The notes: generated by a model not told the origin, from the letters alone. A stretch of DNA of 64,000 nucleotides from an uncultured Gammaproteobacteria bacterium (GCA_964474445.1 CAYYSJ010000002.1:119570-183569); one strand, 5' to 3'. Shown: positions 28,853-39,884, counted from the stretch's first letter. Numbers and translations: made by a program.

Positions 28853-29908
28853 ATGAAGAAACTACTTTTTGGGATTTTAGTTATTGTGTTGTTAATCGTA
28901 TACACCGTTTCTATCTCACATCCTCAACAAAAAAAACAAACCTCAACTTTTGCTAGTCCAACTCCTACGATAGTTCCTGTAACCCTTACCAATAAAATAC
29001 TTTTTGTACCATATTGGACAGTAAATGGAGGTATCGATGGTACATACAATGAATATGTTTACTTTGGTGTTGTTCCAGATAAAACAGGTATTGTCCGTAC
29101 AGACAGTGGGTATCAAAACATGCAGACATTCGTACATGCTGTACCTACTGGAACGAAAAAATTACTAGGAGTACGAATGGTTAATACCACAATAAATGAG
29201 TCTATTTTGCATAATGATGCGTTGCAACAGAAAGTTATTGCTGATGCAGTTTCCATAGCGCAAGATAATGGATTTGATGGTATTTTACTTGATTTGGAAT
29301 ACAGTGCATTTCCCTTTGATTCTGTTATACAAAGCGTTACGACTTTTTCAAAGCAGTTTGCTGATATAACAAAAAGTCATAGCTTACTTTTTTATCAGAC
29401 AGTTTATGGAGATACCTATTACAGGGGAAGACCATATACGGTAAAGGATTTAGCAAAGAATGCTGATAGGATTTTAATAATGGCATATGATTTTCATAAA
29501 GCCAATGGGGATCCAGGAGCTAATTTTCCTCTTGAGATGGGAAGTGAAGGCTATTCATTTAAGGAAATGGTAAATAACTTTACCAAGGATGTTTCATTAT
29601 CCAAACTGACTGTGATTTTTGGCATGTTTGGATATGATTGGAAAGTAAATGAAAAAGGTAATTCAGTAGGACAAGCTGAAAGCTTGAGTACGAATGAAAT
29701 GTTGCAAAAGTTTGTTGGCAGGTGTTTATTTAAAAATTGTTCAGTCGTGCAAAATGCTTCTTTAGAAACAAACGTTACTTATGAAGATAGCACTGGACAG
29801 AAGCACGAAGTGTGGTTTGAGGATAGAACTTCTATTATCAAAAAAGAAGAAGTTCTGGAGAAAAATGGCATTTCTTCAGTTGGTTTCTGGGCGAATGGGT
29901 ACTTCTAG
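28853..29908 (+). CDS. Glycoside hydrolase family 18 protein, membrane-anchored
   Basis: GFDGILLDLEY, IMAYD, FGYDW, EVWFED, GFW. Confidence 0.82.
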   Translation: MKKLLFGILVIVLLIVYTVSISHPQQKKQTSTFASPTPTIVPVTLTNKILFVPYWTVNGGIDGTYNEYVYFGVVPDKTGIVRTDSGYQNMQTFVHAVPTGTKKLLGVRMVNTTINESILHNDALQQKVIADAVSIAQDNGFDGILLDLEYSAFPFDSVIQSVTTFSKQFADITKSHSLLFYQTVYGDTYYRGRPYTVKDLAKNADRILIMAYDFHKANGDPGANFPLEMGSEGYSFKEMVNNFTKDVSLSKLTVIFGMFGYDWKVNEKGNSVGQAESLSTNEMLQKFVGRCLFKNCSVVQNASLETNVTYEDSTGQKHEVWFEDRTSIIKKEEVLEKNGISSVGFWANGYF

Positions 29909-29939
29909 TTATAGGTTTTATTCCTTAAAACTGATGACA

Positions 29940-30830
29940 TTACTTTGTGCTCCATCGAGCAAAAATGCCTGTTGAGAGAAGTCTTTTGCCTGCGGATTCT
30001 TCAAGACATAATTCTCCTACTTCGATTATTCCACTAAATTTATTTAAGTAATCGCCCATAACATTCTCAAGCATGATTGCGGATGAAGAAATAGCATACG
30101 CATTTACAATGACAAAAAGAGGTTTTGGAGAAAGGATTTTTGATATCTGTTCCATAAGTAGAGGAAAATTTTCATTAAATTTCCAAATTTGGCCTGTTGG
30201 TCCATGTCCATAAACAGGAGGATCCATAATAACTCCATCATAGGTATTACCTCTTCGAATCTCTCGTTCAACAAACTTTACTGCATCTTCCAAAATCCAA
30301 CGAATAGGTTTGTCCTCAAGTCCTGATAATTTTTGATTGTCTCGTGCCCAGGCAATTGAAGGACGAGAGGCATCTACATGCGTAACTTTTGCTCCTGCAG
30401 CTGCTGCAGCAAGAGAAGCAATACCAGTATAACCAAAGAGATTCAAAATATTTGGAATCTTAGGATTTGTGGATTTCTGGACTTCTGCATTTCTAACTTT
30501 CTCTTCAATCCAGTCCCACTGCAAGCTTTGTTCTGGAAAAACGCCAGTATGCTTGAAAGCGGTCAGTCTTGCCCAAAAGGATAAATGTTTATACGACATT
30601 TTCCATTTTTCAGGCAGGCGAGTGCGGTATTCCCAAATACCACTGTCAGCGTTCGTTCTTCTGAAACTAACAGCAGCTTTTTCCCATTCATTGCTAGATA
30701 GTGTCGGTTTCCAAATCGCTTGAGGATCGGGACGTACAATAGTATATGTTCCAAATTTTTCAAGTCGGAAACCATTACCACTATCAATTAATTGATAATC
30801 GTTCCAACCTTTACTAATAAGAATTTGCAT
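29940..30830 (-). CDS. Class I SAM-dependent methyltransferase (RlmI/RlmK-like)
   Basis: LNLFGYTG, HVDAS, IMDPP. Confidence 0.88.
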   Translation of the reverse strand: MQILISKGWNDYQLIDSGNGFRLEKFGTYTIVRPDPQAIWKPTLSSNEWEKAAVSFRRTNADSGIWEYRTRLPEKWKMSYKHLSFWARLTAFKHTGVFPEQSLQWDWIEEKVRNAEVQKSTNPKIPNILNLFGYTGIASLAAAAAGAKVTHVDASRPSIAWARDNQKLSGLEDKPIRWILEDAVKFVEREIRRGNTYDGVIMDPPVYGHGPTGQIWKFNENFPLLMEQISKILSPKPLFVIVNAYAISSSAIMLENVMGDYLNKFSGIIEVGELCLEESAGKRLLSTGIFARWSTK

Positions 30831-31012
30831 AGCTTTCTATTATTATACGAAAAAAACGTATAAAAATTTATGATTTTACTATTACCTTTATCAATCAAAA
30901 TATATCAAAATGTAGAAATTTTACAAAAGTTTCAAAAAGGGTGTTGACGGGAAATAATAAATGTTGTATCATGACAACAGACTCAATAAACGAGTCTTTC
31001 TTTTTTAAAACT

Positions 31013-32191
31013 ATGGCAACATTTCAAAGAACAAAACCACACGTAAACATTGGAACCATTGGTCACGTTGACCACGGTAAGACAACCACGACAGCAGCTA
31101 TTGCTACCGTTCTTGCTAAAAAAGGAATGGCAGAAGCAAAGAAATACGAAGATATTGATAATGCCCCAGAAGAAAAAGCACGAGGAGTTACCATTAATAT
31201 TTCCCACATTGAGTACGAAACAGCAAAAAGACATTATGCACATATTGATGCTCCAGGTCACGCAGATTACATCAAAAACATGATTACCGGAGCAGCACAA
31301 ATGGATGGTGCTATCCTTGTTGTTTCAGCTCCAGATGGTCCAATGCCTCAAACTCGAGAACATATCCTTCTTGCTCGACAAGTCGGTGTTCCAGCAATTG
31401 TCGTTTACATGAACAAGACAGATATGGTACAAGATCCAGAACTTCTTGATCTTGTTGAAATGGAAGTTAGAGAGCTTCTCTCTAAATATCAATATCCAGG
31501 TGATGATGTTCCAGTTATCCGAGGTTCTTCTCTTAAAGCTCTAGAGGGAGATCCAGAAGCAGAAGCAAAGATTATGGAGCTCATGGATGCAGTTGATTCT
31601 TATATTCCAGATCCAGTTCGAGATACAGCAAAGCCATTCTTGATGCCAGTTGAGGACGTTTTCTCAATCAAAGGTCGAGGAACAGTTGTTACCGGAAGAA
31701 TTGAAAGAGGAGAAGTCAAGGTTAATGAACCAGTTGAGATTGTTGGAATGAAAGCTACAGCACAATCTGTTGTTACCGGAGTTGAAATGTTTAGAAAACA
31801 ACTCGATTCAGGTATTGCAGGAGATAATGTAGGTCTTCTTCTCCGAGGAGTTGAAAAAGATGATGTAGAGAGAGGACAAGTTATTGCTAAACCAGGTTCT
31901 ATTACTCCACACACACAATTTGAAGCAGAAGTGTACGTTTTGGCAAAAGAAGAAGGTGGACGACATACACCATTCTTTAAAGGATACAGGCCACAATTCT
32001 ATATTAGAACAACTGATGTGACTGGAAACGTTACTCTTCCAGACGGAGTAGAAATGATTATGCCAGGAGATAATACAAAGATGACTGTTGAACTTATTGT
32101 TCCAGTTGCTCTTGAAGAAGGTCTTCGATTTGCTATCCGAGAAGGAGGAAAAACAGTTGGAGCAGGAGTTATCACAAAGATCATTAAATAA
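31013..32191 (+). CDS. tuf: Elongation factor Tu
   Basis: [21 protein letters not shown]. Confidence 0.99.
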   Translation: MATFQRTKPHVNIGTIGHVDHGKTTTTAAIATVLAKKGMAEAKKYEDIDNAPEEKARGVTINISHIEYETAKRHYAHIDAPGHADYIKNMITGAAQMDGAILVVSAPDGPMPQTREHILLARQVGVPAIVVYMNKTDMVQDPELLDLVEMEVRELLSKYQYPGDDVPVIRGSSLKALEGDPEAEAKIMELMDAVDSYIPDPVRDTAKPFLMPVEDVFSIKGRGTVVTGRIERGEVKVNEPVEIVGMKATAQSVVTGVEMFRKQLDSGIAGDNVGLLLRGVEKDDVERGQVIAKPGSITPHTQFEAEVYVLAKEEGGRHTPFFKGYRPQFYIRTTDVTGNVTLPDGVEMIMPGDNTKMTVELIVPVALEEGLRFAIREGGKTVGAGVITKIIK

Positions 32192-32211
32192 AATGGTCTT
32201 TTCTCCGTGAT

Positions 32212-32234
32212 GACCGCCGTAAGGCGGTTTTTTT
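32212..32234 (+). terminator. Intrinsic terminator after tuf
   Basis: ACCGCC-GTAA-GGCGGT then T run. Confidence 0.85.
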
Positions 32235-32261
32235 GTATTTTTTTGCTATAATTCTTATAGT

Positions 32262-32678
32262 GTGAAGGTCATTATTCCTTCAAATAAAGTTTACCTTTCA
32301 AAATCCGCAATTCTTAATGCAGGAAGAGGTGTTTTTGCCTCAAAAAATATCTATACAGGTGAGGTTATAGAAATTTGTCCTGTTATTGTTATCCCCTGTC
32401 ATGCAAGTGGCTTGCTAAGCAAAACCCCACTTGTTAATTATTACTTTACGTGGGGAAAAGGACAGGAAACAGTTGCTGTCTGTTTTGGCTTTGGATCTAT
32501 GTACAACCATTCTTACGACCCAAATGCTACGTATAAAAAACACTTTGATAATCTCATGATTGATTTTGTTGCTGTTAAAAATATTAAGAAGGATGAGGAA
32601 ATAACAGTTAATTACAATCACGGTAATCCGGATGATAAGTCGGCTTTATGGATGCTTGACGTCCCACAGGCCATTTAG
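32262..32678 (+). CDS. SET-domain protein
   Basis: GRGVFA, YNHSYDPN, EEITVNY. Confidence 0.88.
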   Translation: MKVIIPSNKVYLSKSAILNAGRGVFASKNIYTGEVIEICPVIVIPCHASGLLSKTPLVNYYFTWGKGQETVAVCFGFGSMYNHSYDPNATYKKHFDNLMIDFVAVKNIKKDEEITVNYNHGNPDDKSALWMLDVPQAI

Positions 32679-32695
32679 TTTGTTATAATCCAAAC

Positions 32696-33295
32696 ATGAT
32701 TAAAGCCGTGCTATTTGATGTTGATGGGGTTCTTATTGATATTTCTATTGATAAATCGCAAGAACAGCTGCAAAAAGATTGGGGCATTTCTCCTTTGCAA
32801 ACAGAAAGATTTTTCAAAAATGAGTTCGTCGATTGCTTAAAAGGAGAGTCGGATTTAAAAGAGGTTATAACTCCTTTTCTGCTCGAATGGGGGTGGAGTG
32901 GATCGGTAAACGCTTTTCTGGATTATTGGTTTGAGAGTCAGAAAGATGTTGATGAGCGTTTACTTCAAGAAGTGAAAACATTGCAAAAGAAAGGTTTGAA
33001 AGTATATTTAGCAACCAATCAGGAAAAATACAGAGCAGAGTATTTACTCCATCGAGTAGGTTTTGGAGAAATTTTTGATGGTATGTTTGCTTCTTATGAT
33101 TTTGGCTTTACCAAAAGAGATGCTGTATTCTTCACAGCTATTTTAAGGAAAACCCATCTAAAACCAGAAGAAGTTATTTTTTGGGATGATCATATGAGTT
33201 ACGTCCAGTCTGCGGAAAGTATAGGGATACATGCATATTGTTATGCAAATTTCGAGCAATATAAAAAGATAATGGAAAAGTATGCTCTATCATAA
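32696..33295 (+). CDS. HAD-family hydrolase
   Basis: LFDVDGVL, ATN, K, FWDD. Confidence 0.88.
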   Translation: MIKAVLFDVDGVLIDISIDKSQEQLQKDWGISPLQTERFFKNEFVDCLKGESDLKEVITPFLLEWGWSGSVNAFLDYWFESQKDVDERLLQEVKTLQKKGLKVYLATNQEKYRAEYLLHRVGFGEIFDGMFASYDFGFTKRDAVFFTAILRKTHLKPEEVIFWDDHMSYVQSAESIGIHAYCYANFEQYKKIMEKYALS

Positions 33296-33361
33296 AAAGT
33301 GTAGACATTGTAAGCTGAGTTTGATATAATAGCTATCACAATTAGTTCTTTTACATAGACT

Positions 33362-33670
33362 ATGCCAAAAGGAAGAATCAGAGTTAGATTAAAATCATAT
33401 GACGCACGTGTCATCGACACGACATGCCAGCAAATTTTAGATACTGCAATTAGAACAGGAGCTAAAGTTGTTGGACCAGTACCACTTCCTACAGATCGAT
33501 CAGTCTATGTTGTTAATAAAGGTCCTTTCATTGATAAAAACGCACGAGATCACTTCGAAATTAGAATCCATAAAAGACTTATTGATATTGTTTCCCCAAC
33601 AGAAAAAACAATTGATTCCCTTACACATCTTGAACTCCCAGCAGGAGTTGATGTAGAAATTAAGATGTAA
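33362..33670 (+). CDS. rpsJ: 30S ribosomal protein S10
   Basis: GPVPLPT, HKRLIDI, LPAGVDVEIK. Confidence 0.98.
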   Translation: MPKGRIRVRLKSYDARVIDTTCQQILDTAIRTGAKVVGPVPLPTDRSVYVVNKGPFIDKNARDHFEIRIHKRLIDIVSPTEKTIDSLTHLELPAGVDVEIKM

Positions 33671-33695
33671 AAGTACATCAGAGAACAAAATGCAT

Positions 33696-33717
33696 CCGCC
33701 AGTGGGCGGTTTTTTTG
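33696..33717 (+). terminator. Intrinsic terminator after rpsJ
   Basis: CCGCC-AGTG-GGCGG then T8. Confidence 0.85.
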
Positions 33718-33779
33718 TAGCTTTACCCTAATTTTCTATTATTAGCATTTCTGCTTTTCTATCTGATAAGATACATGTG

Positions 33780-34430
33780 ATGGATATAAATAACCCTTAT
33801 TGTACCTTTTATATTGTTCGTCATGCTCAGTCTCATGGGAATATAAAAAGAATTATTTCTGGACAACAAGATACAAACCTTTCTGATGAAGGACGGTTAC
33901 AAGCGTTTGAACGTGGAAAAGAACTTGTGTCAATTCACTTTGATGCTGCCTTTTCCTCAGATTTGAGTAGGGCACATGAAACAGCAACAATCATTGCAAA
34001 GGAGCATGATTTGGCTGTTACAGCCCTTCAGATTCTTCGAGAAAGACATTTTGGCGCTATTCAGGGGACTGCAGGGGATGATCTTGAAGAGAGCCTCAAA
34101 AAGAAGTTAGAAGAATACAATAATATGAATTACAAGGAAAGATTACTTGTAAAGATTGTACCAGGAATGGAAAACGATGAGGAAGTTATTGGGCGCTTTG
34201 AGACTTTTCTTCGCGAAACAGCACTCGCCTATCCTGGGAAGACGGTACTTGTCGTTGCCCATGGGAATTTAATGCGAACCTTTTTGGTGCATTTAGGCCT
34301 TGGTACGTACCAAGAATTTGGACATGGCTCAGTTAGTAATACAGGTTATTTTGTGCTTCGCTCAGATGGGGTAAATTTTGAGGTCCAAAAAATGGTTGGA
34401 ATTAACAAAATAATTGTAAAAGGTAAGTAA
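33780..34430 (+). CDS. Histidine phosphatase (phosphoglycerate mutase family)
   Basis: VRHAQS, SSDLSRA, RERHFG, VAHG. Confidence 0.9.
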   Translation: MDINNPYCTFYIVRHAQSHGNIKRIISGQQDTNLSDEGRLQAFERGKELVSIHFDAAFSSDLSRAHETATIIAKEHDLAVTALQILRERHFGAIQGTAGDDLEESLKKKLEEYNNMNYKERLLVKIVPGMENDEEVIGRFETFLRETALAYPGKTVLVVAHGNLMRTFLVHLGLGTYQEFGHGSVSNTGYFVLRSDGVNFEVQKMVGINKIIVKGK

Positions 34431-34450
34431 ACTTATTGTAAGGCTACCTA

Positions 34451-34590
34451 TTGCGGGATTTTAATGTATTTGATACAATACCCATGTTTCGTCCAACATG
34501 ATCCGACTAACACAACGGATCGATTTTAAAAAGTAGCTTCAGCGTTAACCCAAGAGAGGTGGCCTGAGGGCCGCTTTTTTGTTGGAAAAG
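34451..34590 (+). promoter_or_regulatory. rplC promoter and structured leader
   Basis: TTGCGG-17-TACAAT; stems TCCAACA/TGTTGGA, GATCCG/CGGATC, GGTGGCC/GGCCGCT followed by a T run. Confidence 0.55.
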
Positions 34591-34594
34591 TCAT

Positions 34595-35467
34595 ATGCAA
34601 GTAGTAATTGGTAAAAAACAAGAACAAACACAAAAATTCCTAACAGATGGAACAAGAGTTCCAGTTACTGTTGTGTCTACCACTGGTGGCAATACCGTCG
34701 TTAGTATTAAGACCATGGATAAGGACGGATATTGGGCATTGCAACTTGGCTTTGGTATCCGAAAACACATGAATAAGCCACTTACAGGACATGTAAAAAA
34801 GGCGCAATTAGAAAAGGCGCCTTTTGCGTTAAAAGAAGTCAGACTTGATGAGAAAGAAGCTGCAAATCTTCCAGAACTTGGACAAGTTTTGGAAGCTGCA
34901 ACTGTTTTAGAAGCTGGAGATATCGTTGATGTTGTTGGTCATTCAAAAGGAAAAGGATTTGCTGGAGGTGTAAAGAGACATAACTTTAAAGGCGGTCCAA
35001 GAACTCATGGTCAATCAGATAGAGAAAGAGCACCAGGATCTTTGGGTCAGACAACAACTCCAGGAAGAGTATACAAAGGGAAAAGAATGGCTGGAAAAAT
35101 GGGTAATGAAACAGTAACGCTGAAGAATTTAGAAGTTGCCAAAGTTGGAGCTGATTATGTGTGGATTAAGGGTCTTGTTCCAGGATCACTTGGAAGTTTT
35201 GTTACTATCAGAACAACAGGAAAGAAAAATAAAAAGTTTGTGGAAGTCATGAAGACTCAAGAAGAATTGGCAGCAGAAGAGGCAGCAAGACTTGCAGCTG
35301 AAGAAGAAGCACGAAGGGCTCAAGAAGCTGCAGAACTTGAAGCAAAGAAAGCTGCTGAGGAAGCAGCGAAAGTTGAAGCAGAAGCAAAGGCGGCAGAACC
35401 TGTTACTGAAGAAGCACAAGCAGCTGAGGAAGTAAAAGGAGAAACAGTAAAGGAGGAAGTTAAATAA
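34595..35467 (+). CDS. rplC: 50S ribosomal protein L3 with Ala/Glu-rich C-terminal extension
   Basis: KGKGFAG, RAPGS, KRMAG. Confidence 0.98.
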   Translation: MQVVIGKKQEQTQKFLTDGTRVPVTVVSTTGGNTVVSIKTMDKDGYWALQLGFGIRKHMNKPLTGHVKKAQLEKAPFALKEVRLDEKEAANLPELGQVLEAATVLEAGDIVDVVGHSKGKGFAGGVKRHNFKGGPRTHGQSDRERAPGSLGQTTTPGRVYKGKRMAGKMGNETVTLKNLEVAKVGADYVWIKGLVPGSLGSFVTIRTTGKKNKKFVEVMKTQEELAAEEAARLAAEEEARRAQEAAELEAKKAAEEAAKVEAEAKAAEPVTEEAQAAEEVKGETVKEEVK

Positions 35468-35469
35468 CT

Positions 35470-36219
35470 ATGACAGAAGCAAAGAAACCAGCAGTAAAAA
35501 AGACAACAACAGCTAAGAAAGCTGAGACAAAGGTTGAAAAAACAGAAAAGGTTGAAGCTACAGTGAAGACTGAGAAAAAAGCAACAGGATCTTTAACAGT
35601 AACAGTATATGATGCTAAAGGCAAAGAAACAGGGACAATGGAACTTCCAAAAGAAGTTTTTGGAGCAAAGATTAATCCTGTTCTTATGGCTCAAGCAGTG
35701 AGAGTCTATTTAGCTAACCAAAGACTTGGTAGTGCAAACACCAGAACAAGAGGAGAAGTTGATGGCTCCACGCGAAAAATCTATAGACAAAAAGGAACAG
35801 GTCGAGCACGACACGGTGGAATTAGAGCACCAATCTTTGTTGGTGGAGGCGTTGCTCATGGTCCAAAAGCAAAAGACTTTGAATTGTCATTATCCAAGAA
35901 GATGAAAAAAGCAGCAGTTGCTTCAGCACTTTCATCTCTTGCTAAGGACGGGAATATCAAAGTTGTTGCAGGATTTGAAAAGATTGAACCAAAGACAAAA
36001 AGTGTTGCCGCAGCTCTTGTAGAAATGGGACTTTCTCAAAAGAAAGCATTGTTGGTTATGCCAAAGCATTTAGAGAATGTCTTTAAAGCAGCACGAAACA
36101 TTGATAACATAAAGGTTTCTGCAGCAGCAATGCTTACTACCTATGATGTATTGAATGCCGGGACCTTAGTTTTTATGAAAGAAGCAGTTGAAGTAATGGA
36201 AAAAGGAGGAAAAGAATAA
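35470..36219 (+). CDS. rplD: 50S ribosomal protein L4 with Lys/Thr-rich N-terminal extension
   Basis: RQKGTGRARHG. Confidence 0.98.
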   Translation: MTEAKKPAVKKTTTAKKAETKVEKTEKVEATVKTEKKATGSLTVTVYDAKGKETGTMELPKEVFGAKINPVLMAQAVRVYLANQRLGSANTRTRGEVDGSTRKIYRQKGTGRARHGGIRAPIFVGGGVAHGPKAKDFELSLSKKMKKAAVASALSSLAKDGNIKVVAGFEKIEPKTKSVAAALVEMGLSQKKALLVMPKHLENVFKAARNIDNIKVSAAAMLTTYDVLNAGTLVFMKEAVEVMEKGGKE

Positions 36220-36222
36220 TTC

Positions 36223-36522
36223 ATGAATGTTCTTACTGTATTACAGAGGCCATTAATTACAGAAAAATCATATGCTGATGCACAAAATGGTAAATTTACA
36301 TTTGTTGTTGCATTATCAGCAGACAAGAAAGCTATCAAACAAGCAGTTGAAGAACAATTTAAGGTAAAGGTACTTGATGTTGCAACGGTGATTGTCAAAG
36401 GGAAAATAAAAAGAGTCGGAAAAAGACGAACAGAGAAAAAACTAACACCGGTTAAGAAAGCTGTCGTACTGTTGGAAAAAGGACAAAAGATTGATCTGTT
36501 TGATTTAGGAGAAAAGAAATAA
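36223..36522 (+). CDS. rplW: 50S ribosomal protein L23
   Basis: PLITEK, KKAVV. Confidence 0.96.
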   Translation: MNVLTVLQRPLITEKSYADAQNGKFTFVVALSADKKAIKQAVEEQFKVKVLDVATVIVKGKIKRVGKRRTEKKLTPVKKAVVLLEKGQKIDLFDLGEKK

Positions 36523-36523
36523 T

Positions 36524-37258
36524 ATGAAATTAAAAGTAATTAGAAAAAAAAATTCGGGGAGAAATTCAAGCGGAAGTGTAACCGTTAGACATCAAGGTGG
36601 CGGCGAAAAACGATTTTTACGAAATATTGATTTTAAAAGAGAAAAGAGAATCGTAGGAAAAGTTGTCGCGATAGAATATGATCCTAATAGAACTTGTGAC
36701 ATCGCTTTGGTACAATATACGGACGGTGAGAAGAGATATATTCTTTGTCCTGAAGGACTTAAAGTTGGAGATAAAATTGAATCAGGAGAAAACGTTGATT
36801 TACGAGTAGGAAATGCGTTGCCATTATCAGCATTACCTCTTGGAACAGTTGTTCACAATGTTGAACTCACTCCTGGAAAAGGTGGTCAATTTGCAAGAAG
36901 CGCAGGTACTGCAGCAACGGTAGCAGCAAAAGAAGGTAATTATGCTCATTTGCGTATGCCTTCTGGAGAAGTACGACTTGTTCCAGTAAGTGGAATGGCA
37001 ACAATTGGACAATTGGGGAATATTAATCATAAAAATGAAGTAATTGGAAAAGCAGGACGAGCACGACACATGGGTAAAAGACCAGCAGTCAGAGGAGTTG
37101 CAATGAATCCTCGCTCTCACCCTCATGGAGGAGGAGAAGGACGATCTGGAATTGGTTTGAAAAGGCCAAAGACCTATGCAGGACGAGCAGCTGTTGGAAA
37201 GAGGAGAAATCCTAAAAAATATTCTAATAAATATATAATACAAAGGAGAAAGAAGTAA
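36524..37258 (+). CDS. rplB: 50S ribosomal protein L2 (N-terminally short)
   Basis: [22 protein letters not shown]. Confidence 0.98.
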   Translation: MKLKVIRKKNSGRNSSGSVTVRHQGGGEKRFLRNIDFKREKRIVGKVVAIEYDPNRTCDIALVQYTDGEKRYILCPEGLKVGDKIESGENVDLRVGNALPLSALPLGTVVHNVELTPGKGGQFARSAGTAATVAAKEGNYAHLRMPSGEVRLVPVSGMATIGQLGNINHKNEVIGKAGRARHMGKRPAVRGVAMNPRSHPHGGGEGRSGIGLKRPKTYAGRAAVGKRRNPKKYSNKYIIQRRKK

Positions 37259-37270
37259 ACATTAATTAAT

Positions 37271-37555
37271 ATGGGAAGAAGTGCTAAAAAAGGACCATAC
37301 GTAGACGATAGACTTTTGAAAAAGGTCTTAAAACAAAAAGAAAGTGGAGATCATACTCTTATTAAGACATGGTCAAGAGCATGCCAAATTCCACCAGAAT
37401 TTGTCGGACATACCATTGGTGTCTATAATGGTCGAATTTTTGTGAACGTTTTTGTTGTTGAAGGAATGGTTGGACACAGACTTGGTGAATTTGCACCAAC
37501 ACGAACATTTAGATCTCATGGACGCATTGTCGCTCGAGAGATTAGTAAGACATAA
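37271..37555 (+). CDS. rpsS: 30S ribosomal protein S19
   Basis: KTWSRA, GHRLGEF. Confidence 0.98.
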   Translation: MGRSAKKGPYVDDRLLKKVLKQKESGDHTLIKTWSRACQIPPEFVGHTIGVYNGRIFVNVFVVEGMVGHRLGEFAPTRTFRSHGRIVAREISKT

Positions 37556-37567
37556 GGAGAAAATATT

Positions 37568-37948
37568 ATGCAAGCAGTAGCAACAGTAAAAGGAGCAAGA
37601 GTTAGTCCAAGAAAAGTACAAGTTGTAGCGGATGCAATTCGCGGAATGTCAGTTGCAAAAGCACAGCAAACACTTTCTATCACAAAAAAACACGGTGCTA
37701 CAGTACTGAGTAAAGTGCTGCAGAGTGCAGTGGCAAATGCTGTAAATAATAAAAAATTACAAGAAGATAGATTGGTTATTAGTCAACTTCTTGTTCAGGG
37801 TGGATCATTTTTACGACGATTCCATTCATCAGCACGAGGAAGGACAAGGCCATATACTAAGAGAACAACACATGTAACAATCGTAGTTTCAGAAAAAGGT
37901 TCACATGAGCCACAAGTGACAAAAGAGTCGAAGGGAGAAAACAAATAA
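37568..37948 (+). CDS. rplV: 50S ribosomal protein L22
   Basis: SPRK, SAVANA, ARGR; gene order. Confidence 0.96.
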   Translation: MQAVATVKGARVSPRKVQVVADAIRGMSVAKAQQTLSITKKHGATVLSKVLQSAVANAVNNKKLQEDRLVISQLLVQGGSFLRRFHSSARGRTRPYTKRTTHVTIVVSEKGSHEPQVTKESKGENK

Positions 37949-38616
37949 TGGGACAAAAAGTTAATCCACAAATTTTAAGACTTGGAACAGTATATAATTG
38001 GGAATCTCGTTGGTTTAATGAGAGAGATTATAAGCAGACACTTTTAGAAGATTACAAACTTCGAAAAGCGTTGATGGAAAAACTGAAATTTGCAGGAGTC
38101 TCCCATATTGAAATTGAAAGATCTATTAACAGTGTCAAGTTAATTATTAATGTGAGTAAGCCGGGTATGGTTATTGGACGAGCAGGTACAGGTCTTGAAG
38201 ATTTGAAGAAATTTGTCATGGCAACTTTCAAGAAAATTGATCCAAAAAAGACTGGTAAATATGCTCCAAAAGTTGATTTAAGAGTAGAAGCTGTCAAGGA
38301 GCCAAATTTGGATGCATTTTTAGTTGCAAAGAATGTTGCAGAAATGCTTGCAAAAAGACTTCCTTATAAAAGAGTTTTGAATAGTAATTCAGAAAGAGTT
38401 ATGGGAGCAGGAGCAAAAGGCGTAAGAATTGTGCTATCAGGAAGAATTGGTGGATCAGAAATTGGACGACGAGAAAAAATTCAGGTTGGGAAAGTCCCAT
38501 TATCAACAATTCGAGAACATATTGAATATGCATCATATCCATCATTAACACAAAAAGGATATATTGGGGTAAAAGTATGGATTAATTCGCCAGAAAAGGA
38601 GGGTAGAAATTCCTAA
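37948..38616 (+). CDS. rpsC: 30S ribosomal protein S3
   Basis: MGQKVNP, PGMVIGR, GVKVWI. Confidence 0.98.
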   Translation: MGQKVNPQILRLGTVYNWESRWFNERDYKQTLLEDYKLRKALMEKLKFAGVSHIEIERSINSVKLIINVSKPGMVIGRAGTGLEDLKKFVMATFKKIDPKKTGKYAPKVDLRVEAVKEPNLDAFLVAKNVAEMLAKRLPYKRVLNSNSERVMGAGAKGVRIVLSGRIGGSEIGRREKIQVGKVPLSTIREHIEYASYPSLTQKGYIGVKVWINSPEKEGRNS

Positions 38617-38643
38617 TTTTTTAAAATTAGCAATTTCTTAGAT

Positions 38644-39054
38644 ATGTTAGTACCAAGACGAGTTAAATATAGAAAACAAATGCGGGGTTCCCGAAAAGGA
38701 GATGCATACCGTGGAACTGATATAACGTTTGGTGACTTTGGTTTACAAAGCATTGAAGCAGGTTGGGTAAGTAGTCGACAGATAGAAGCTGCACGACGTG
38801 CAATTACTCATTACATTGCTCGAGGTGGTAAAGTCTGGATTAAAATTTTCCCAGACAAACCAATTACTAAAAAACCACCAGAAACTCGTATGGGATCTGG
38901 AAAAGGAGATGTGCATGAGTACGTTGCTGTTGTTAAACCAGGTAGAATGTTATTTGAAATGGGGGGAATCAGTAAAGAGGTTGCTGAAGAAGCATTACGA
39001 CTTGCAGCATATAAATTACCAGTAAAAACACGATTTGCTACAAAAGGAGAATAA
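38644..39054 (+). CDS. rplP: 50S ribosomal protein L16
   Basis: IEAARRA, RMGSGKG. Confidence 0.98.
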   Translation: MLVPRRVKYRKQMRGSRKGDAYRGTDITFGDFGLQSIEAGWVSSRQIEAARRAITHYIARGGKVWIKIFPDKPITKKPPETRMGSGKGDVHEYVAVVKPGRMLFEMGGISKEVAEEALRLAAYKLPVKTRFATKGE

Positions 39055-39057
39055 GAT

Positions 39058-39270
39058 ATGGCAAAACAAAAAACAGATAATTATGTACAAAAAAGCGTTG
39101 CAGAACTAAAAGAAACAGTGAAAACACTGAGAGGAGAACTGATGATATTAAGACTGAATCATGCAAAAAGAGAATTAAAGCAAACACGGTCGTTAACAAC
39201 GGTTCGAAAAAATATTGCTCATGCATTAACAGCTTTGAAGGAAAAGGAGGGAATGGTAAAAAATGGCTAA
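39058..39270 (+). CDS. rpmC: 50S ribosomal protein L29
   Basis: VRKNIA; position between rplP and rpsQ. Confidence 0.9.
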   Translation: MAKQKTDNYVQKSVAELKETVKTLRGELMILRLNHAKRELKQTRSLTTVRKNIAHALTALKEKEGMVKNG

Positions 39271-39496
39271 ATCATTAGTGGGAAAAGTTGTTTCAACAAA
39301 AATGACAGGAAGTGCTGTTGTTGAAGTAACCATGCGAACACCTCATCCTTTGTATAAAAAACTTTTAAAGAAAAGTAAAAAATATATAGTTGATTTAGGA
39401 GGAAAAGACGTGAAAGAAGGAGATTCGGTACGAATTGTTGAGATGAAAAAAGTTGCAAAAAATAAGAATTTTACAATTCAGGAGGTTTTGAAGTAA
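39263..39496 (+). CDS. rpsQ: 30S ribosomal protein S17
   Basis: GKVVS.KM, HPLYKK, GD.V.I.E. Confidence 0.93.
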   Translation: MAKSLVGKVVSTKMTGSAVVEVTMRTPHPLYKKLLKKSKKYIVDLGGKDVKEGDSVRIVEMKKVAKNKNFTIQEVLK

Positions 39497-39500
39497 GGAT

Positions 39501-39875
39501 ATGATACAACATAGATCATTATTAAAAGCAGCTGATAACTCAGGAGCAAAAGTCCTTCGAGTTATCCATATCTTTGGTGGTTCAAGGAGAAAATTTGGAT
39601 ACATTGGCGACATTCTTAACTGTGTCGTTATTGAAGCAAGTCCAAATGGTCAAGTAAAAGACAGTGAAATTGTAAAAGTTGTTTTGGTGAGATCTCGAAA
39701 AGAGACAAGAAGAAAAGATGGGTCATATGTTAGATTTTCAGATAATGCAGGCGTTGTTATTGACAATATGAAAGACAAAAATCCAAAAGGGACGCGTATC
39801 TTTGGACCAATTGCGCGAGAAGTAAGAGATGCAGGATTTAATAAGATTGCATCAATGGCTATAGAAGTGGTATAA
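39501..39875 (+). CDS. rplN: 50S ribosomal protein L14
   Basis: [14 protein letters not shown]. Confidence 0.98.
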   Translation: MIQHRSLLKAADNSGAKVLRVIHIFGGSRRKFGYIGDILNCVVIEASPNGQVKDSEIVKVVLVRSRKETRRKDGSYVRFSDNAGVVIDNMKDKNPKGTRIFGPIAREVRDAGFNKIASMAIEVV

Positions 39876-39884
39876 AGGAGCACT

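Noticed and set aside
34484-34536. uORFs MFRPT and MIRLTQRIDFKK in the rplC leader as leader peptides
   Set aside because: No regulatory codon run; ORFs this short are expected by chance
35262-35460. Repeat-like GAAGCA/GCAGAA tract at the end of rplC
   Set aside because: Explained by Ala/Glu/Lys codons; no fixed repeat-spacer period, so not CRISPR or a tandem repeat element
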